IMG/VR virus record: IMGVR_UViG_3300022848_000005
Strand: one strand, 5' to 3'
From: a virus
Lineage: Duplodnaviria > Caudoviricetes
DNA: 64,000 nucleotides
Positions 1 through 9,599 of this stretch are shown here, in pieces. Under the pieces are notes generated by a model, which worked only from the letters and a program-made list of their open reading frames with translations, did not search any database and was not told where the DNA came from. The translations under genes were made by a program, and so were the position numbers. How positions within the stretch are numbered: position 1 is the stretch's first letter; each line of letters starts with the position of its first letter.

Positions 1-1453
1 TGATTCAGCCTCAGTTGTTGTAGATGATACAACACCTCAACTAGGTGGTTCGTTAGATGTTAATGGACAAGCAATTGTGTCCGTATCAAACGGTGATATT
101 GAACTTACTCCACATGGATCAGGTGAAGTTGTTATTGCAACTGCTACAGTCAGTGACTTGACCGATAACCGTGTTGTTATTGCAGGCACAAGTGGTGCAC
201 TTGAAGATAGCGCAAACTTCACGTATGATGGCACTAACTTAACAGTCAATAGTGCAGTTGTTAGTGATTTAACTGACAATAGAGTTGTTATTGCAGGCAC
301 TTCAGGAGCACTTGAAGATGACGCAAACTTTACATTCAATGGTACTATATTAGCACTAACAGCCGCAATGGATATTACTGGCGACCTAGATGTTGATAAC
401 ATTAACATTAATGGTAACGCAATCACCAGTACTGACACAAACGGCATAATATCAGTTGCTCCAAATGGTACAGGTACAATCGACCTTGGCGGCACATCTA
501 CAATTGTTAACGTTAACGGAACAACAGGTTCATCAGGCTCAGGACTTGGTGCTTTAGTAGTTGACGGCGGCATGGGTGTTGCTGAAAACTTACATGTTGG
601 CGGAAACGCTGTTATTACTGGTAACTTAACTGTTGAAGGTACTACTACAACAGTTGACTCCGTGACAACACAAGTTGTTGATCCAATCTTCCAGATTGGT
701 GGTGCGGCAGGTGGTGCGGCCCTATCAGCAGACGACAACAAAGATAGAGGTATGTCTGCCAAGTATCACACAGGCAGTGAAGAAAGGACTGCTTTCTGGG
801 GATTTGACGATTCCACAGGTAACTGGACATTTGTTCCAGTTGCTACAATCACAAGTGAAGTTGTGGCAGGAACCAAAGGAACACTTGATGTTGGTAGTAT
901 TTTAAATGCTAACCTAACAAACAATCGTGTTGTTATTGCAGGCGCAAGTGGTGTGTTGGAAGATGACACAAACTTCACGTATGATGGCACTAACTTAACA
1001 GTCAATAGTGCAATTGTTAGTGATTTGACTGACAATAGAGTTGTTATTGCAGGCACAAGTGGTGCATTGGAAGATGACGCAAACTTTACATTCAATGGTA
1101 CTATATTAGCATTAACCGCCGCTATGGATATTACTGGTGATCTAGATGTTGATAATGTCAATATTAACGGCAATGCTATTACATCAACTGACACAAATGG
1201 CAATATTACAATTACACCAGATGGTACAGGTGATTTAGTACTTGACGGATTAAAATTCCCACAAGCAGATGGTACAGCAGGATATGTTCTTACAACAGAC
1301 GGTAGTGCTCAACTAAGTTGGACTGATTCAGCCTCAGTTGTTGTAGATGATACAACACCTCAACTAGGTGGTTCGTTAGATGTTAATGGACAAGCAATTG
1401 TGTCCGTATCAAACGGTGATATTGAACTTACTCCACATGGATCAGGTGAAGTT
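1..1453. repeat. Long-range direct repeat inside the tail fibre: 1-~130 is identical to 1324-~1453 (1323-nt period)
   Basis: tgattcagcctcagttgttgtagatgat...ggatcaggtgaagtt occurs at both 1 and 1324. Confidence 0.95.
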
Positions 1454-3667
1454 ATTCTTTCAACAGCAGTTGTTAGTGATTTGACAGATAACAGAGTTGT
1501 TATTGCTGGTACTTCAGGTGCACTTGAAGATAGCGCAAACTTCACGTATGATGGCACTAACTTAACAGTCAATAGTGCAGTTGTTAGTGATTTAACTGAC
1601 AATAGAGTTGTTATTGCAGGCACAAGTGGTGCACTTGAAGATGACACAAACTTCACGTATGATGGCACTAACTTAACAGTCAATAGTGCAATTGTTAGTG
1701 ACTTAACAGATAACCGTGTTGTTATTGCAGGCACTTCAGGAGCACTTGAAGATAGCGCAACCTTCACGTATGATGGCACTAACTTAACAGTCAATAGTGC
1801 AATTGTTAGTGACTTAACAGATAACCGTGTTGTTATTGCAGGCACTTCAGGAGCACTTGAAGATAGCGCAAACTTCACTTATGATGGTACATCACTGGCA
1901 GTTACAGGTAACATTGCTATTGATAACCTTACATTAGATGGCAACGATATCACAGCATCATCAGGTGGTAAAGTTACTATTAACGATGCAGGTGCTGACA
2001 TTGACTTTATAGTTGAAGGCGACTCCAACACAGGATTGTTCGTGGTAGATGCAGGTGCTGACTCAGTAAGCGTTGGTACAGCAACTCAAACAGTAGGCGC
2101 AACATTTAAAGTTGGCGCAGTGGACTCAATGGTGATTCCACTTGGATCAACTGCACAACGTCCTGGTACAGGTGTTGATGGTATGTTGCGTATGAACGAC
2201 TCAACAAAGAAGATGGAATACTACATTGACAGTGAGTGGAAAACTGCTGACTCTGCATTTACAGTTATTGCCAGTCAAACATTTGATGGTGATGATTCAA
2301 CAGTAGCATTTACACTTAGTGAGGCACAAACAACCGCAGGTTGTGTTGTTAGTATCAACGGTGTTTTGCAGTTGCCAACAACAGCATACGGTGTTAGTTC
2401 AGCAACATTGACATTTACTGAAGCACCAGCAACAGGTGATAAGATTGAAGTTAGGAAACTAACAACCACAACAACAGTTACAGAACTGGATATAACTGCA
2501 AACAACTCAACAGATGAGACAGTATACTTAACATTTGTTGATGGGCCGACTGGTTCTCAGGAATTTGAGTCTGACACTGGATTAACTTATAATCCAAGTA
2601 CTAACACATTAACAACCTCAGTATTCTCTGGTAATGTAACTGGTGATGTAACTGGTGATGTAACTGGTCAACTTACAGCACAAAACATCCGAGTTGGTGT
2701 TACAGGTGCTAACGAGATTGATACAACAAGCGGTGGATTAACAATTGATTCAGCAGGCGGAACAGTTACAGTTGATGATAACTTGATTGTTAGCGGTAAC
2801 TTTACTGTAAACGGCACTACAACAACAGTAAGTACAACAAACACTGTAGTTTCAGACAACCTTATGGAATTAAACAACGGTGCGGGAAGTAACGCTAACG
2901 ACAGTGGTATTGTTATTGAGCGTGGTAGTACAGGCGATAACGCATTTATGGGTTGGGACGAGTCAGCTGATAAGTTTATTGTTGGTACAACAACAGCAAC
3001 TGGTGCAAGCACAGGTGATTTAACAATTGCTACTGGAACACTTGTTGCAAACCTAGAAGGTGATGTAACTGGTGATGTAACTGGTAATGCAGATACAGCA
3101 ACAACAGCAACAACAGCAACAACAGCAACAAATGTTACTGCGACTGCAAACGACGCAACAAATGAGACTGTATACGTCACATTTGTTGACGGTGTAAGTG
3201 GTGGTCAAGGTATTGAGACTGACACTGGATTAACTTATAATCCAAGTACTAACACATTAACAACCTCAGTATTCTCTGGTACTGCTACAACAGCACAATA
3301 CGCTGACTTGGCAGAGATGTACGCTAGTGATACAGAGATTGAAGCAGGTACAGTGGTACACTTTGCTGGTCACGGCAAAGTAGCAGTTTGTGATGTTGAT
3401 ATGTGTTCTAAAGTTGCAGGTATTGTTTCGACAGATCCTGCTCACTTGATGAACAGCGCACAGGAAGGCACACCTTTAGCATTAGCTGGTCGAGTACCAT
3501 GTAAAGTCGTTGGACCTGTTAACGCAGGTGACTTGATGGTGTCAGCAGGCGGTGGCAAAGCTAGGGCAGAAGCAAACCCAAGTTTAGGCACAGTTATTGG
3601 TAAAGCAATTGAAGATTTCTCAGGCGAAGGGGAAGGCGTGATAGAAGTTCTAGCATTAATGATGTAA
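2..3667 (+). CDS. Long repetitive tail fibre/adhesin, 5'-truncated by the window edge, with a C-terminal intramolecular-chaperone-like domain
   Basis: The frame is open from position 2 (DSASVVVDDTTPQLGG...), so the 77 start in the ORF track is internal. T/S/G/V-rich, with 37-aa repeats and a C-terminal QYADLAEMY...VAGIVST...LAGRVPCKV...GTVIGKA domain resembling peptidase G2/IMC chaperones. Confidence 0.85.
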   Translation, partial: DSASVVVDDTTPQLGGSLDVNGQAIVSVSNGDIELTPHGSGEVVIATATVSDLTDNRVVIAGTSGALEDSANFTYDGTNLTVNSAVVSDLTDNRVVIAGTSGALEDDANFTFNGTILALTAAMDITGDLDVDNININGNAITSTDTNGIISVAPNGTGTIDLGGTSTIVNVNGTTGSSGSGLGALVVDGGMGVAENLHVGGNAVITGNLTVEGTTTTVDSVTTQVVDPIFQIGGAAGGAALSADDNKDRGMSAKYHTGSEERTAFWGFDDSTGNWTFVPVATITSEVVAGTKGTLDVGSILNANLTNNRVVIAGASGVLEDDTNFTYDGTNLTVNSAIVSDLTDNRVVIAGTSGALEDDANFTFNGTILALTAAMDITGDLDVDNVNINGNAITSTDTNGNITITPDGTGDLVLDGLKFPQADGTAGYVLTTDGSAQLSWTDSASVVVDDTTPQLGGSLDVNGQAIVSVSNGDIELTPHGSGEVILSTAVVSDLTDNRVVIAGTSGALEDSANFTYDGTNLTVNSAVVSDLTDNRVVIAGTSGALEDDTNFTYDGTNLTVNSAIVSDLTDNRVVIAGTSGALEDSATFTYDGTNLTVNSAIVSDLTDNRVVIAGTSGALEDSANFTYDGTSLAVTGNIAIDNLTLDGNDITASSGGKVTINDAGADIDFIVEGDSNTGLFVVDAGADSVSVGTATQTVGATFKVGAVDSMVIPLGSTAQRPGTGVDGMLRMNDSTKKMEYYIDSEWKTADSAFTVIASQTFDGDDSTVAFTLSEAQTTAGCVVSINGVLQLPTTAYGVSSATLTFTEAPATGDKIEVRKLTTTTTVTELDITANNSTDETVYLTFVDGPTGSQEFESDTGLTYNPSTNTLTTSVFSGNVTGDVTGDVTGQLTAQNIRVGVTGANEIDTTSGGLTIDSAGGTVTVDDNLIVSGNFTVNGTTTTVSTTNTVVSDNLMELNNGAGSNANDSGIVIERGSTGDNAFMGWDESADKFIVGTTTATGASTGDLTIATGTLVANLEGDVTGDVTGNADTATTATTATTATNVTATANDATNETVYVTFVDGVSGGQGIETDTGLTYNPSTNTLTTSVFSGTATTAQYADLAEMYASDTEIEAGTVVHFAGHGKVAVCDVDMCSKVAGIVSTDPAHLMNSAQEGTPLALAGRVPCKVVGPVNAGDLMVSAGGGKARAEANPSLGTVIGKAIEDFSGEGEGVIEVLALMM
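1466..1890. repeat. Four tandem 111-nt (37-aa) units, VVSDLTDNRVVIAGTSGALEDSANFTYDGTNLTVNSA; further copies near 140-350 and 915-1095
   Basis: The ttcacgtat/ttcacttat anchor recurs at 1541, 1652, 1763 and 1874 (111-nt spacing). Confidence 0.95.
2572..3281. repeat. Exact ~60-nt duplication (2572-2631 = 3220-3279) encoding DTGLTYNPSTNTLTTSVFSG; a third, diverged copy lies at ~4150-4210 in the next gene
   Basis: Direct sequence comparison. Confidence 0.9.
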
Positions 3668-3690
3668 GACTTCTAAATGTAGTGGGTAAG

Positions 3691-3720
3691 AGGGGGGACA
3701 AATGTTCCCCCTTTTATTTT
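3691..3720 (+). terminator. Rho-independent terminator after the tail fibre
   Basis: aggggggac-aaat-gttccccct hairpin followed by tttattttt. Confidence 0.75.
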
Positions 3721-3726
3721 GGATAG

Positions 3727-3732
3727 TAAATA
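3727..3732 (+). promoter_or_regulatory. T4-type late promoter motif TAAATA
   Basis: taaatacatgtaac, the same 14-mer found upstream of the gp13 gene at 9575. Confidence 0.65.
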
Positions 3733-3758
3733 CATGTAACTTTCAAGAGACTAATAAT

Positions 3759-4613
3759 ATGGGATTAACAAGACCTAAGGCGTCGCAGATTAATTTTGAC
3801 CTAACAAATATCAGCGACCCTGTAATACGACTAAATTCAGACAAAACAGGCGCCAACGACACAGACGTTGGTTTTATATTTGAGCGTGGATCAACAGGTG
3901 ATAATGCCGTTTTTGTATGGGACGAGAGTGCAGGTAGTTTTGTTGTGGGGACTACTACAGCAACAGGCACAAGCACAGGTAATTTAACAATTACTACTGG
4001 AACACTTGTTGCAAATCTAGAAGGTAATGTGACTGGTAATGCAGATACAGCAACAACAGCAACAAATGTTACTGCAACTGCAAACAACGCAACAGATGAG
4101 ACTGTATACGTCACATTTGTTGATGCGCAAACTGGTTCTCAGGAAATAGAAACTGATGTTGGATTGTATTACAATCCAAGTACTAACACGTTAACAACCT
4201 CAGTATTCGATGGTACATCAACGTCAGCTCAGTACGCTGACTTGGCTGAGCTCTATGTATCTGATGTTCAGTATGAACCAGGAACAGTTTTAATATTTGG
4301 TGGAGAACATGAAGTTACCTTAAGCAAAAGTCCAAAAAGTAATAAGGTAGCAGGGGTTGTATCTACTGCACCGGGTATTCTTATGAACAAAGACTGCGTT
4401 GGAGACTACGTAGTCGTATTAGCATTAGCTGGTCGAGTACCATGTAAAGTAAAAGGTAAAGTTACTAAAGGTAGTATGATGGTTACCAGCAACATCGAAG
4501 GCGTTGCTGTAGCAAACAACAATCCTGCTATAGGAACAGTAATAGGAAAAGCACTGGAAGAGTACAACTCTGACGAAGTTGGTGTGATTGAGGTTGTAGT
4601 GGGTAGACTCTAA
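3759..4613 (+). CDS. Short tail fibre paralogue with the same chaperone-like C-terminal domain
   Basis: ATG at 3759 follows the late motif. Shares ERGSTGDNA, TFVD..TGSQE, YADLAE and LAGRVPCKV blocks with the upstream gene. Confidence 0.8.
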   Translation: MGLTRPKASQINFDLTNISDPVIRLNSDKTGANDTDVGFIFERGSTGDNAVFVWDESAGSFVVGTTTATGTSTGNLTITTGTLVANLEGNVTGNADTATTATNVTATANNATDETVYVTFVDAQTGSQEIETDVGLYYNPSTNTLTTSVFDGTSTSAQYADLAELYVSDVQYEPGTVLIFGGEHEVTLSKSPKSNKVAGVVSTAPGILMNKDCVGDYVVVLALAGRVPCKVKGKVTKGSMMVTSNIEGVAVANNNPAIGTVIGKALEEYNSDEVGVIEVVVGRL

Positions 4614-5335
4614 TGCAAAAACTCTATCGTACCAACTACGAAGGTGAGTTTGTAGTAGACGGATTTACTGTTCAAGGTGGCACACGCACTGAAAATCGAG
4701 TCTTTATACCAAACACTATAGTTAACAATGCACATACTACAAATGCGATTGTAATTGGCAACGGTATCTCTAGAGCTAAACTAAATCTTAAAAAAATAGA
4801 AAATCATAGTGGCGGACATCTGGGTAAGCATCGTTTACAAAGTTATGGATGCAACGCAGTCTACCGGGATATGTCACCTGACTTTTTAATTAGCACTAAT
4901 AATTTTATGGTAACTGAGCTTGTAAACAGCGGTTACACGAAGGATCATATAGTTTTAGCCAATGCTACAAATTGTAGGATGCATGCTGGGGAGTTACATC
5001 TTATCCCGTATGGCATTAACATAAGCGCAGGTGCAATGGCTACATATATGGCATGTTTTGACGGACATAAAAAAATATACCTACTTGGTTTTGATAATCA
5101 TAACGGTATAAACAACAACAACATTTATGCTGGTACAAAAAACTATCAAGATTCTTCATATCCTGCGAGAAGTCAAAAATGGGAAGGGCAAATGACTCGG
5201 TTATTCAACACTTACGACGACGTAGATTTTGTCTGGATACTAGGAGGCACAACTATTTTTCCAGAAGAATGGAAATATTGTCTTAACTTAAGACAGGCAT
5301 CTCAGCGAGATCTTGTGCTAGAAGCAGACCTATAA
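4613..5335 (+). CDS. MptE-like/Maf-like (DUF115-type) Rossmannoid protein, possibly a glycosyltransferase
   Basis: AIVIGNGISR...YGCNAVYRD..PDFL...MACFDGHKKIYLLGFD pattern; TAATG coupling to the fibre gene. Confidence 0.5.
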   Translation: MQKLYRTNYEGEFVVDGFTVQGGTRTENRVFIPNTIVNNAHTTNAIVIGNGISRAKLNLKKIENHSGGHLGKHRLQSYGCNAVYRDMSPDFLISTNNFMVTELVNSGYTKDHIVLANATNCRMHAGELHLIPYGINISAGAMATYMACFDGHKKIYLLGFDNHNGINNNNIYAGTKNYQDSSYPARSQKWEGQMTRLFNTYDDVDFVWILGGTTIFPEEWKYCLNLRQASQRDLVLEADL

Positions 5336-5758
5336 TACTTGTTTTATAGTTTCTAGTTTTTCTTTAACCACATCAAAATTAAATGTTTTCCAAACACCTG
5401 GGTGTAACGGCTTAGGATGATCTTCTATGTGTACCCAACAATACCCTTTGTGTTCGTGGTTTAGTATGGGCGTAAACTCAGTTGCAACGGACAGTAGTAC
5501 TGTGTGATATACAAATTTTTGATTTTCGCTAGTAAACGTCTCTATGGGTATAATTTTATCATATATGATCTTTTGACCCAATTCTTCTTCGCACTCACGC
5601 TCTAGTGCCTGTACTGTAGACTCACCGCTCTCAAATTTGCCACCAGGAAGACCCCACGTGTTGCCGTAACTGCACTTATCTCTTAACAAGAATAAGTATC
5701 TTCCAGTATTATTTGATCTTACTAATGCACCACAACTGTTTATATTGCGAGGCTCCAA
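5330..5758 (-). CDS. Nudix hydrolase
   Basis: Nudix box GGKFESGESTVQALERECEEELG; TTG start with an AGGAGG SD. Confidence 0.9.
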   Translation of the reverse strand: MEPRNINSCGALVRSNNTGRYLFLLRDKCSYGNTWGLPGGKFESGESTVQALERECEEELGQKIIYDKIIPIETFTSENQKFVYHTVLLSVATEFTPILNHEHKGYCWVHIEDHPKPLHPGVWKTFNFDVVKEKLETIKQVL

Positions 5759-7152
5759 AAGCCCTCCTTGTATTGACCTTCATAAGACCTAACCCACGTT
5801 GAGCCAGTCCACTTAAATTGATAATTCGTATTTAGGTTGCTTACATAATGTATGCCTGCTTCGGTGCTTGCGTCAAAACTAACAGACCAACGACTGCCAT
5901 CGTATTCAATAATATCATTTTTCCCAGCAATTGGATCGTCAGTACTGCTGTCTGGCTCTAGGCCTTTCCAGGCATCTGCACCGTCAAAATTGTTGGCATC
6001 ACCTATAGCATTAATAAGCAAATATCTAGTACCTGCGGTAGGAGCACTTAAGACACTGTTTGGTCCTACTCTTTCCGGATCTATAATTGCGTTTACGGGA
6101 TTAATGTCATTTGTTGGCACTGTATCCTCATCTATTGTGACCAGCAACAAACTTTCATCTGTGGGGTGTAATGCTACTGTGCCCACAACTTCGGACCCGT
6201 TTTCGTCAGTTTCAAGTCTAATTTGACTGATTCCGGCCCTTAACTCTCCAAAAAGGTTAATAAAACTAGGCCAATCAGTCCTAGTGCCTACTTTAGTTAC
6301 AGTAGTGTCTCCTATACTGCTAGTGGCTTCTGTAACGGTGTCTTCTAACTTCAGTAACTGCGCCTGCCCGTTGAGGTATAATACCCCATAGTTTTGAGGA
6401 GAGATTCTTTTTCGTGTTATTAAGTTGCCAACATCTTGAAATAAACTAGGATCAAATTCACCTTGCATATCCCATATACCAGTGGCAATCCGTTCAATAA
6501 CACCAAGTTTTTTAACTTTAGCAGGTGCGCTTATAAAGATAGGTATCTCAAATGTTAGTGTAGCATAATCAATATTATCGTCTACGCCTTGCGGTATCGA
6601 CCTATTAGTCCACAATGTATCTATTAGGTTTACAGTACTTAGACTAGTCCAGTCAACATAATTGTCTGTGCTTTGTATTTCTAAACTAGGGTTAAACAAT
6701 ACCAGCATTTGTTCCAGTATCTGTAATTTTTGTTCTGTGTTACTTGTCCATATATCTGCTTTTAATGTCAGTCTATACGGTACAGGCATCATTCGCTCAA
6801 TAGTAAATGCATTGCCTTGTATGTTTAAGTAACTGTCTGTATCTGGGTCGTACTTGCGTTCCCTAACTCCAATCTTACTAATAAAGTTTGGTTCTTGTAC
6901 ACGTTGTCTGTCGTACTGTAAGCCACTTATGTAGCAACTAATCATTGGCACATTCGACATTGTGTTTTCGCTGTTGCCACGCAGTATCTGCGAACCCTGT
7001 CTTGAAACGTCACCGTATCGTACAGGCACTCTCTGTAAAACTCTGGAATTGTTTTCGTCCTTGCCAAACTGTACTTCAAAATTTGATAAGACCCTTATAA
7101 ATTGCAATAAGAATCTACGTATTTGTTCATCATAAAAAAATGCTTGAGACAT
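5740..7152 (-). CDS. gp15: Tail terminator/sheath stabiliser, T4 gp15-like
   Basis: FYDEQIRRF...VPVRYG...MPVPYRL...LQILEQMLVLFNP motifs; neck/tail context. Confidence 0.7.
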   Translation of the reverse strand: MSQAFFYDEQIRRFLLQFIRVLSNFEVQFGKDENNSRVLQRVPVRYGDVSRQGSQILRGNSENTMSNVPMISCYISGLQYDRQRVQEPNFISKIGVRERKYDPDTDSYLNIQGNAFTIERMMPVPYRLTLKADIWTSNTEQKLQILEQMLVLFNPSLEIQSTDNYVDWTSLSTVNLIDTLWTNRSIPQGVDDNIDYATLTFEIPIFISAPAKVKKLGVIERIATGIWDMQGEFDPSLFQDVGNLITRKRISPQNYGVLYLNGQAQLLKLEDTVTEATSSIGDTTVTKVGTRTDWPSFINLFGELRAGISQIRLETDENGSEVVGTVALHPTDESLLLVTIDEDTVPTNDINPVNAIIDPERVGPNSVLSAPTAGTRYLLINAIGDANNFDGADAWKGLEPDSSTDDPIAGKNDIIEYDGSRWSVSFDASTEAGIHYVSNLNTNYQFKWTGSTWVRSYEGQYKEGFWSLAI

Positions 7153-8360
7153 TATTCGTTATCTGCCTTAGGTGTGAGTACATCGCTGAGTCCTTGACGC
7201 TCGTCATACGTCTTGCCGTCAATCGTTGTATATGTGTTAGCGTTATTAACAAACCCGCTACGTTGTGTTTGATTGCTTGCACCTGGTGTAAGACTTGTTC
7301 TAACATCGTCCTCAACCTTAACCCAACGTGTTCCGTCGTATCTAAACAAGCGATTTGGTTTGTAGTCTAAGCGTAGTGCAAAGTCGCCTTGCACAGGATT
7401 TGTTGGGAATGTAGTGCCTGAGCTTACTGGGAAGCCATTTGGTGCTAATCCATCGCCAGCCAAGTACCCTTGTGTATCACGTCTTGGCGTTACACGAGTT
7501 AGGTCTGAACTGTTTACAGAATCATCACTTGCCAGACTTGTATCATCAGCAGTCTTACCTTTAGGATTAAGGGCTTTACCGTTTTCGTCAGTAGGCACTA
7601 CATAGAATCTACTGGTATCATAACCGCTTTCAGGAACTTCCGCTTCTGCCTGTGCAACAATAGCGTCATTAATTTCAATATTCTTATTGTATTGACTTAG
7701 TAAGTCTGACAGAGATGTGTCCGAACCTGTTGGATTATACTCCTCGTCAGTACTACCCTTAATCTTATTAATAATATCCTTGTATTCTTGACTGTCCACT
7801 AGCGGTGTTACTTTACACCGCCATAAGTGACTCCACCAACTAGCACCAAAGCCTTGTGCGTCCCTAGTTGCGTCTTGTATAACATAATATCTTTTAAGCG
7901 TGGCAGGTACTTCGTCGTCAAGTGGATGATAGTCTACTAAGTTTTGAAACTCTAAGACGTCACCATTCATGAGCTTACGTCCTAGTATATTAATCATTTG
8001 GTTATAGTGGAATGTTATGAAGACAGTATCACCCGCATTCATTAAACCAAACTGTGTTAAATCAAAGTCTTGACTTACGGGGGAGTAAACACCACGCATA
8101 TTGTAAATGCTGGTATCATACTTGCGGTCTCTGTTCTCTAAGAACAAGAAATCCTGTATGTTTTTTTCACTTTGATTAGTGTAGTTTGGTGCTGTCGCAT
8201 CTGCTAGATCACCCGTTTCTCCACTAGCCGCATCTGGACCTAAATATTTGTGTACATTTATACCAACCCCACCCACCGTAAACATCTCGTTGATGTTCTG
8301 ATCAAAGAATTTGTAGTCTGCGGTATGCTTACCGTCTTTCCATAAGCTAAGTCTGGGCAC
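7152..8360 (-). CDS. gp14: Neck/head-closure protein, T4 gp14-like
   Basis: LFLENRDRKYD...FDLTQFGL...TVFITFH...GDVLEF motifs; context. Confidence 0.65.
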   Translation of the reverse strand: MPRLSLWKDGKHTADYKFFDQNINEMFTVGGVGINVHKYLGPDAASGETGDLADATAPNYTNQSEKNIQDFLFLENRDRKYDTSIYNMRGVYSPVSQDFDLTQFGLMNAGDTVFITFHYNQMINILGRKLMNGDVLEFQNLVDYHPLDDEVPATLKRYYVIQDATRDAQGFGASWWSHLWRCKVTPLVDSQEYKDIINKIKGSTDEEYNPTGSDTSLSDLLSQYNKNIEINDAIVAQAEAEVPESGYDTSRFYVVPTDENGKALNPKGKTADDTSLASDDSVNSSDLTRVTPRRDTQGYLAGDGLAPNGFPVSSGTTFPTNPVQGDFALRLDYKPNRLFRYDGTRWVKVEDDVRTSLTPGASNQTQRSGFVNNANTYTTIDGKTYDERQGLSDVLTPKADNE

Positions 8361-8380
8361 TATTTTAGTCCTTATTGCTA

Positions 8381-8386
8381 TATTTA
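8381..8386 (-). promoter_or_regulatory. Late promoter motif TAAATA for the gp14-gp15-Nudix operon
   Basis: tattta on the + strand, 20 nt upstream of the GTG. Confidence 0.55.
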
Positions 8387-8391
8387 GCTGA

Positions 8392-8420
8392 TTGACAACT
8401 GGTCGGAATGGTTGTATAAT
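8392..8420 (+). promoter_or_regulatory. Perfect sigma70 promoter
   Basis: TTGACA-17 nt-TATAAT. Confidence 0.9.
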
Positions 8421-8452
8421 ATATGATAACTAATAAAAACAGTGAGGATATT

Positions 8453-9577
8453 ATGGCAAAGGCAAGATTTGAGGTACCTAAATTAAGCAAACTTAAGTTT
8501 GATGCTGACCTAATTGCTACCTGGGCACCAGAAGAACGAAAACATCAAGTTGGTAAGTTCTTAAATCATTATGGATATTCATATAGTATAAAAGAGTTAA
8601 AGAAACACATAGCGAGGTGGATGCAAAGTACACTTGAGTACGATCCAAAAGATGTTGCTAATTTAGTTTCTGGACCAGATGGTTGGTTTCCTGGTACCTT
8701 AGGGCGTTTGGGCAAAGCCCGGTCTGATGGGTGGGTGTTTGATAAGCATGAACTTGCGTATATTAAGACTGAAATTAAACATTACCTAACAAAGTGTCTT
8801 GTTAACGCTGAGGTCTCTCCTGGTCCTGCAGTAGGCAAGACACTGCCTGAGCTCACTATTCAGGATAGAATTAAACTAAAAATTAACGAACATATCGGAC
8901 ACTTTGAAGAACAACAGGATTTATTAGCAACCAAGAGTAAGGTTGATCCTGAAGCATTCGCCTATTTAAAGAAAGAGAATGTGTCACAGAATATGCTTAC
9001 TAGCATAGCACAACCTTTCATTGAGCGTATGATTGAATGGCAGGAAGCCAAAGCAGGTACTTGTGAGGATCTTAAAGAAGGATACAGTCACTGGCAAGCA
9101 AAGGATTACAAAAAGTACTTTGCTTTTGTTGAAGCAATACTAGCAGACATCGAAGCCTACGCTAAAACTAAAAAGGCTGTTAAGGTTAATAGGGTTAAGA
9201 AAGCACCCAACAAGCAGAAGATTGTTAGTAAAGTCAAGTATGCTAAAGACAATACACAATATAAGATTGCTAGTGTAGATCCTTTACAAATTATAGGTGC
9301 AACTGAGTTGTATGTGTTTAATGTTAAGACACGAAAACTAGGCAAGTACGTAGCTGACGAACATATGGCTACATTAAATGTTAAAGGCACAACTATTACA
9401 GGGTTCGATACACAAACAAGTACACAAAAGACTTTACGTAAGCCTGAAAGACAGTTGCCTGACTTTATGGGATCCAGTAAAACAGCAAAGCGCAAGTTTT
9501 TACAGGGTATTAAGAGTGTAGAGATACCATGTAATGGTAGGTTAAACTCTGACACTATTCTATTACATGTACAATAA
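8453..9577 (+). CDS. Conserved phage protein of unknown function, with a basic C-terminus
   Basis: ATG 8453 with a GAGGA SD. The C-terminal FNVKTRKLGKY...KGTTI.GFD...KTLRKP...NGRLN motif recalls proteins of T4-like phages. Confidence 0.7.
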   Translation: MAKARFEVPKLSKLKFDADLIATWAPEERKHQVGKFLNHYGYSYSIKELKKHIARWMQSTLEYDPKDVANLVSGPDGWFPGTLGRLGKARSDGWVFDKHELAYIKTEIKHYLTKCLVNAEVSPGPAVGKTLPELTIQDRIKLKINEHIGHFEEQQDLLATKSKVDPEAFAYLKKENVSQNMLTSIAQPFIERMIEWQEAKAGTCEDLKEGYSHWQAKDYKKYFAFVEAILADIEAYAKTKKAVKVNRVKKAPNKQKIVSKVKYAKDNTQYKIASVDPLQIIGATELYVFNVKTRKLGKYVADEHMATLNVKGTTITGFDTQTSTQKTLRKPERQLPDFMGSSKTAKRKFLQGIKSVEIPCNGRLNSDTILLHVQ

Positions 9578-9580
9578 ATA
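9574..9580 (+). promoter_or_regulatory. Late promoter motif ATAAATA
   Basis: ataaatacatgtaac upstream of the neck gene. Confidence 0.7.
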
Positions 9581-9599
9581 CATGTAACAGGATTATATA

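Noticed and set aside
1466-1890. CRISPR array
   Set aside because: The 111-nt units are in-frame coding repeats with no unique spacers, and no cas genes are present.
37-4114. Long minus-strand ORFs over the tail fibres (37..762, 766..1203, 1360..1878, 2668..3180, 3743..4114)
   Set aside because: Antisense shadows of repetitive, codon-biased genes, with no RBS and no family motifs.
140-4430. Diversity-generating retroelement (TR/VR pair) in the fibre repeats
   Set aside because: Differences between copies are mostly synonymous and not adenine-specific, and no reverse transcriptase is present in the window.
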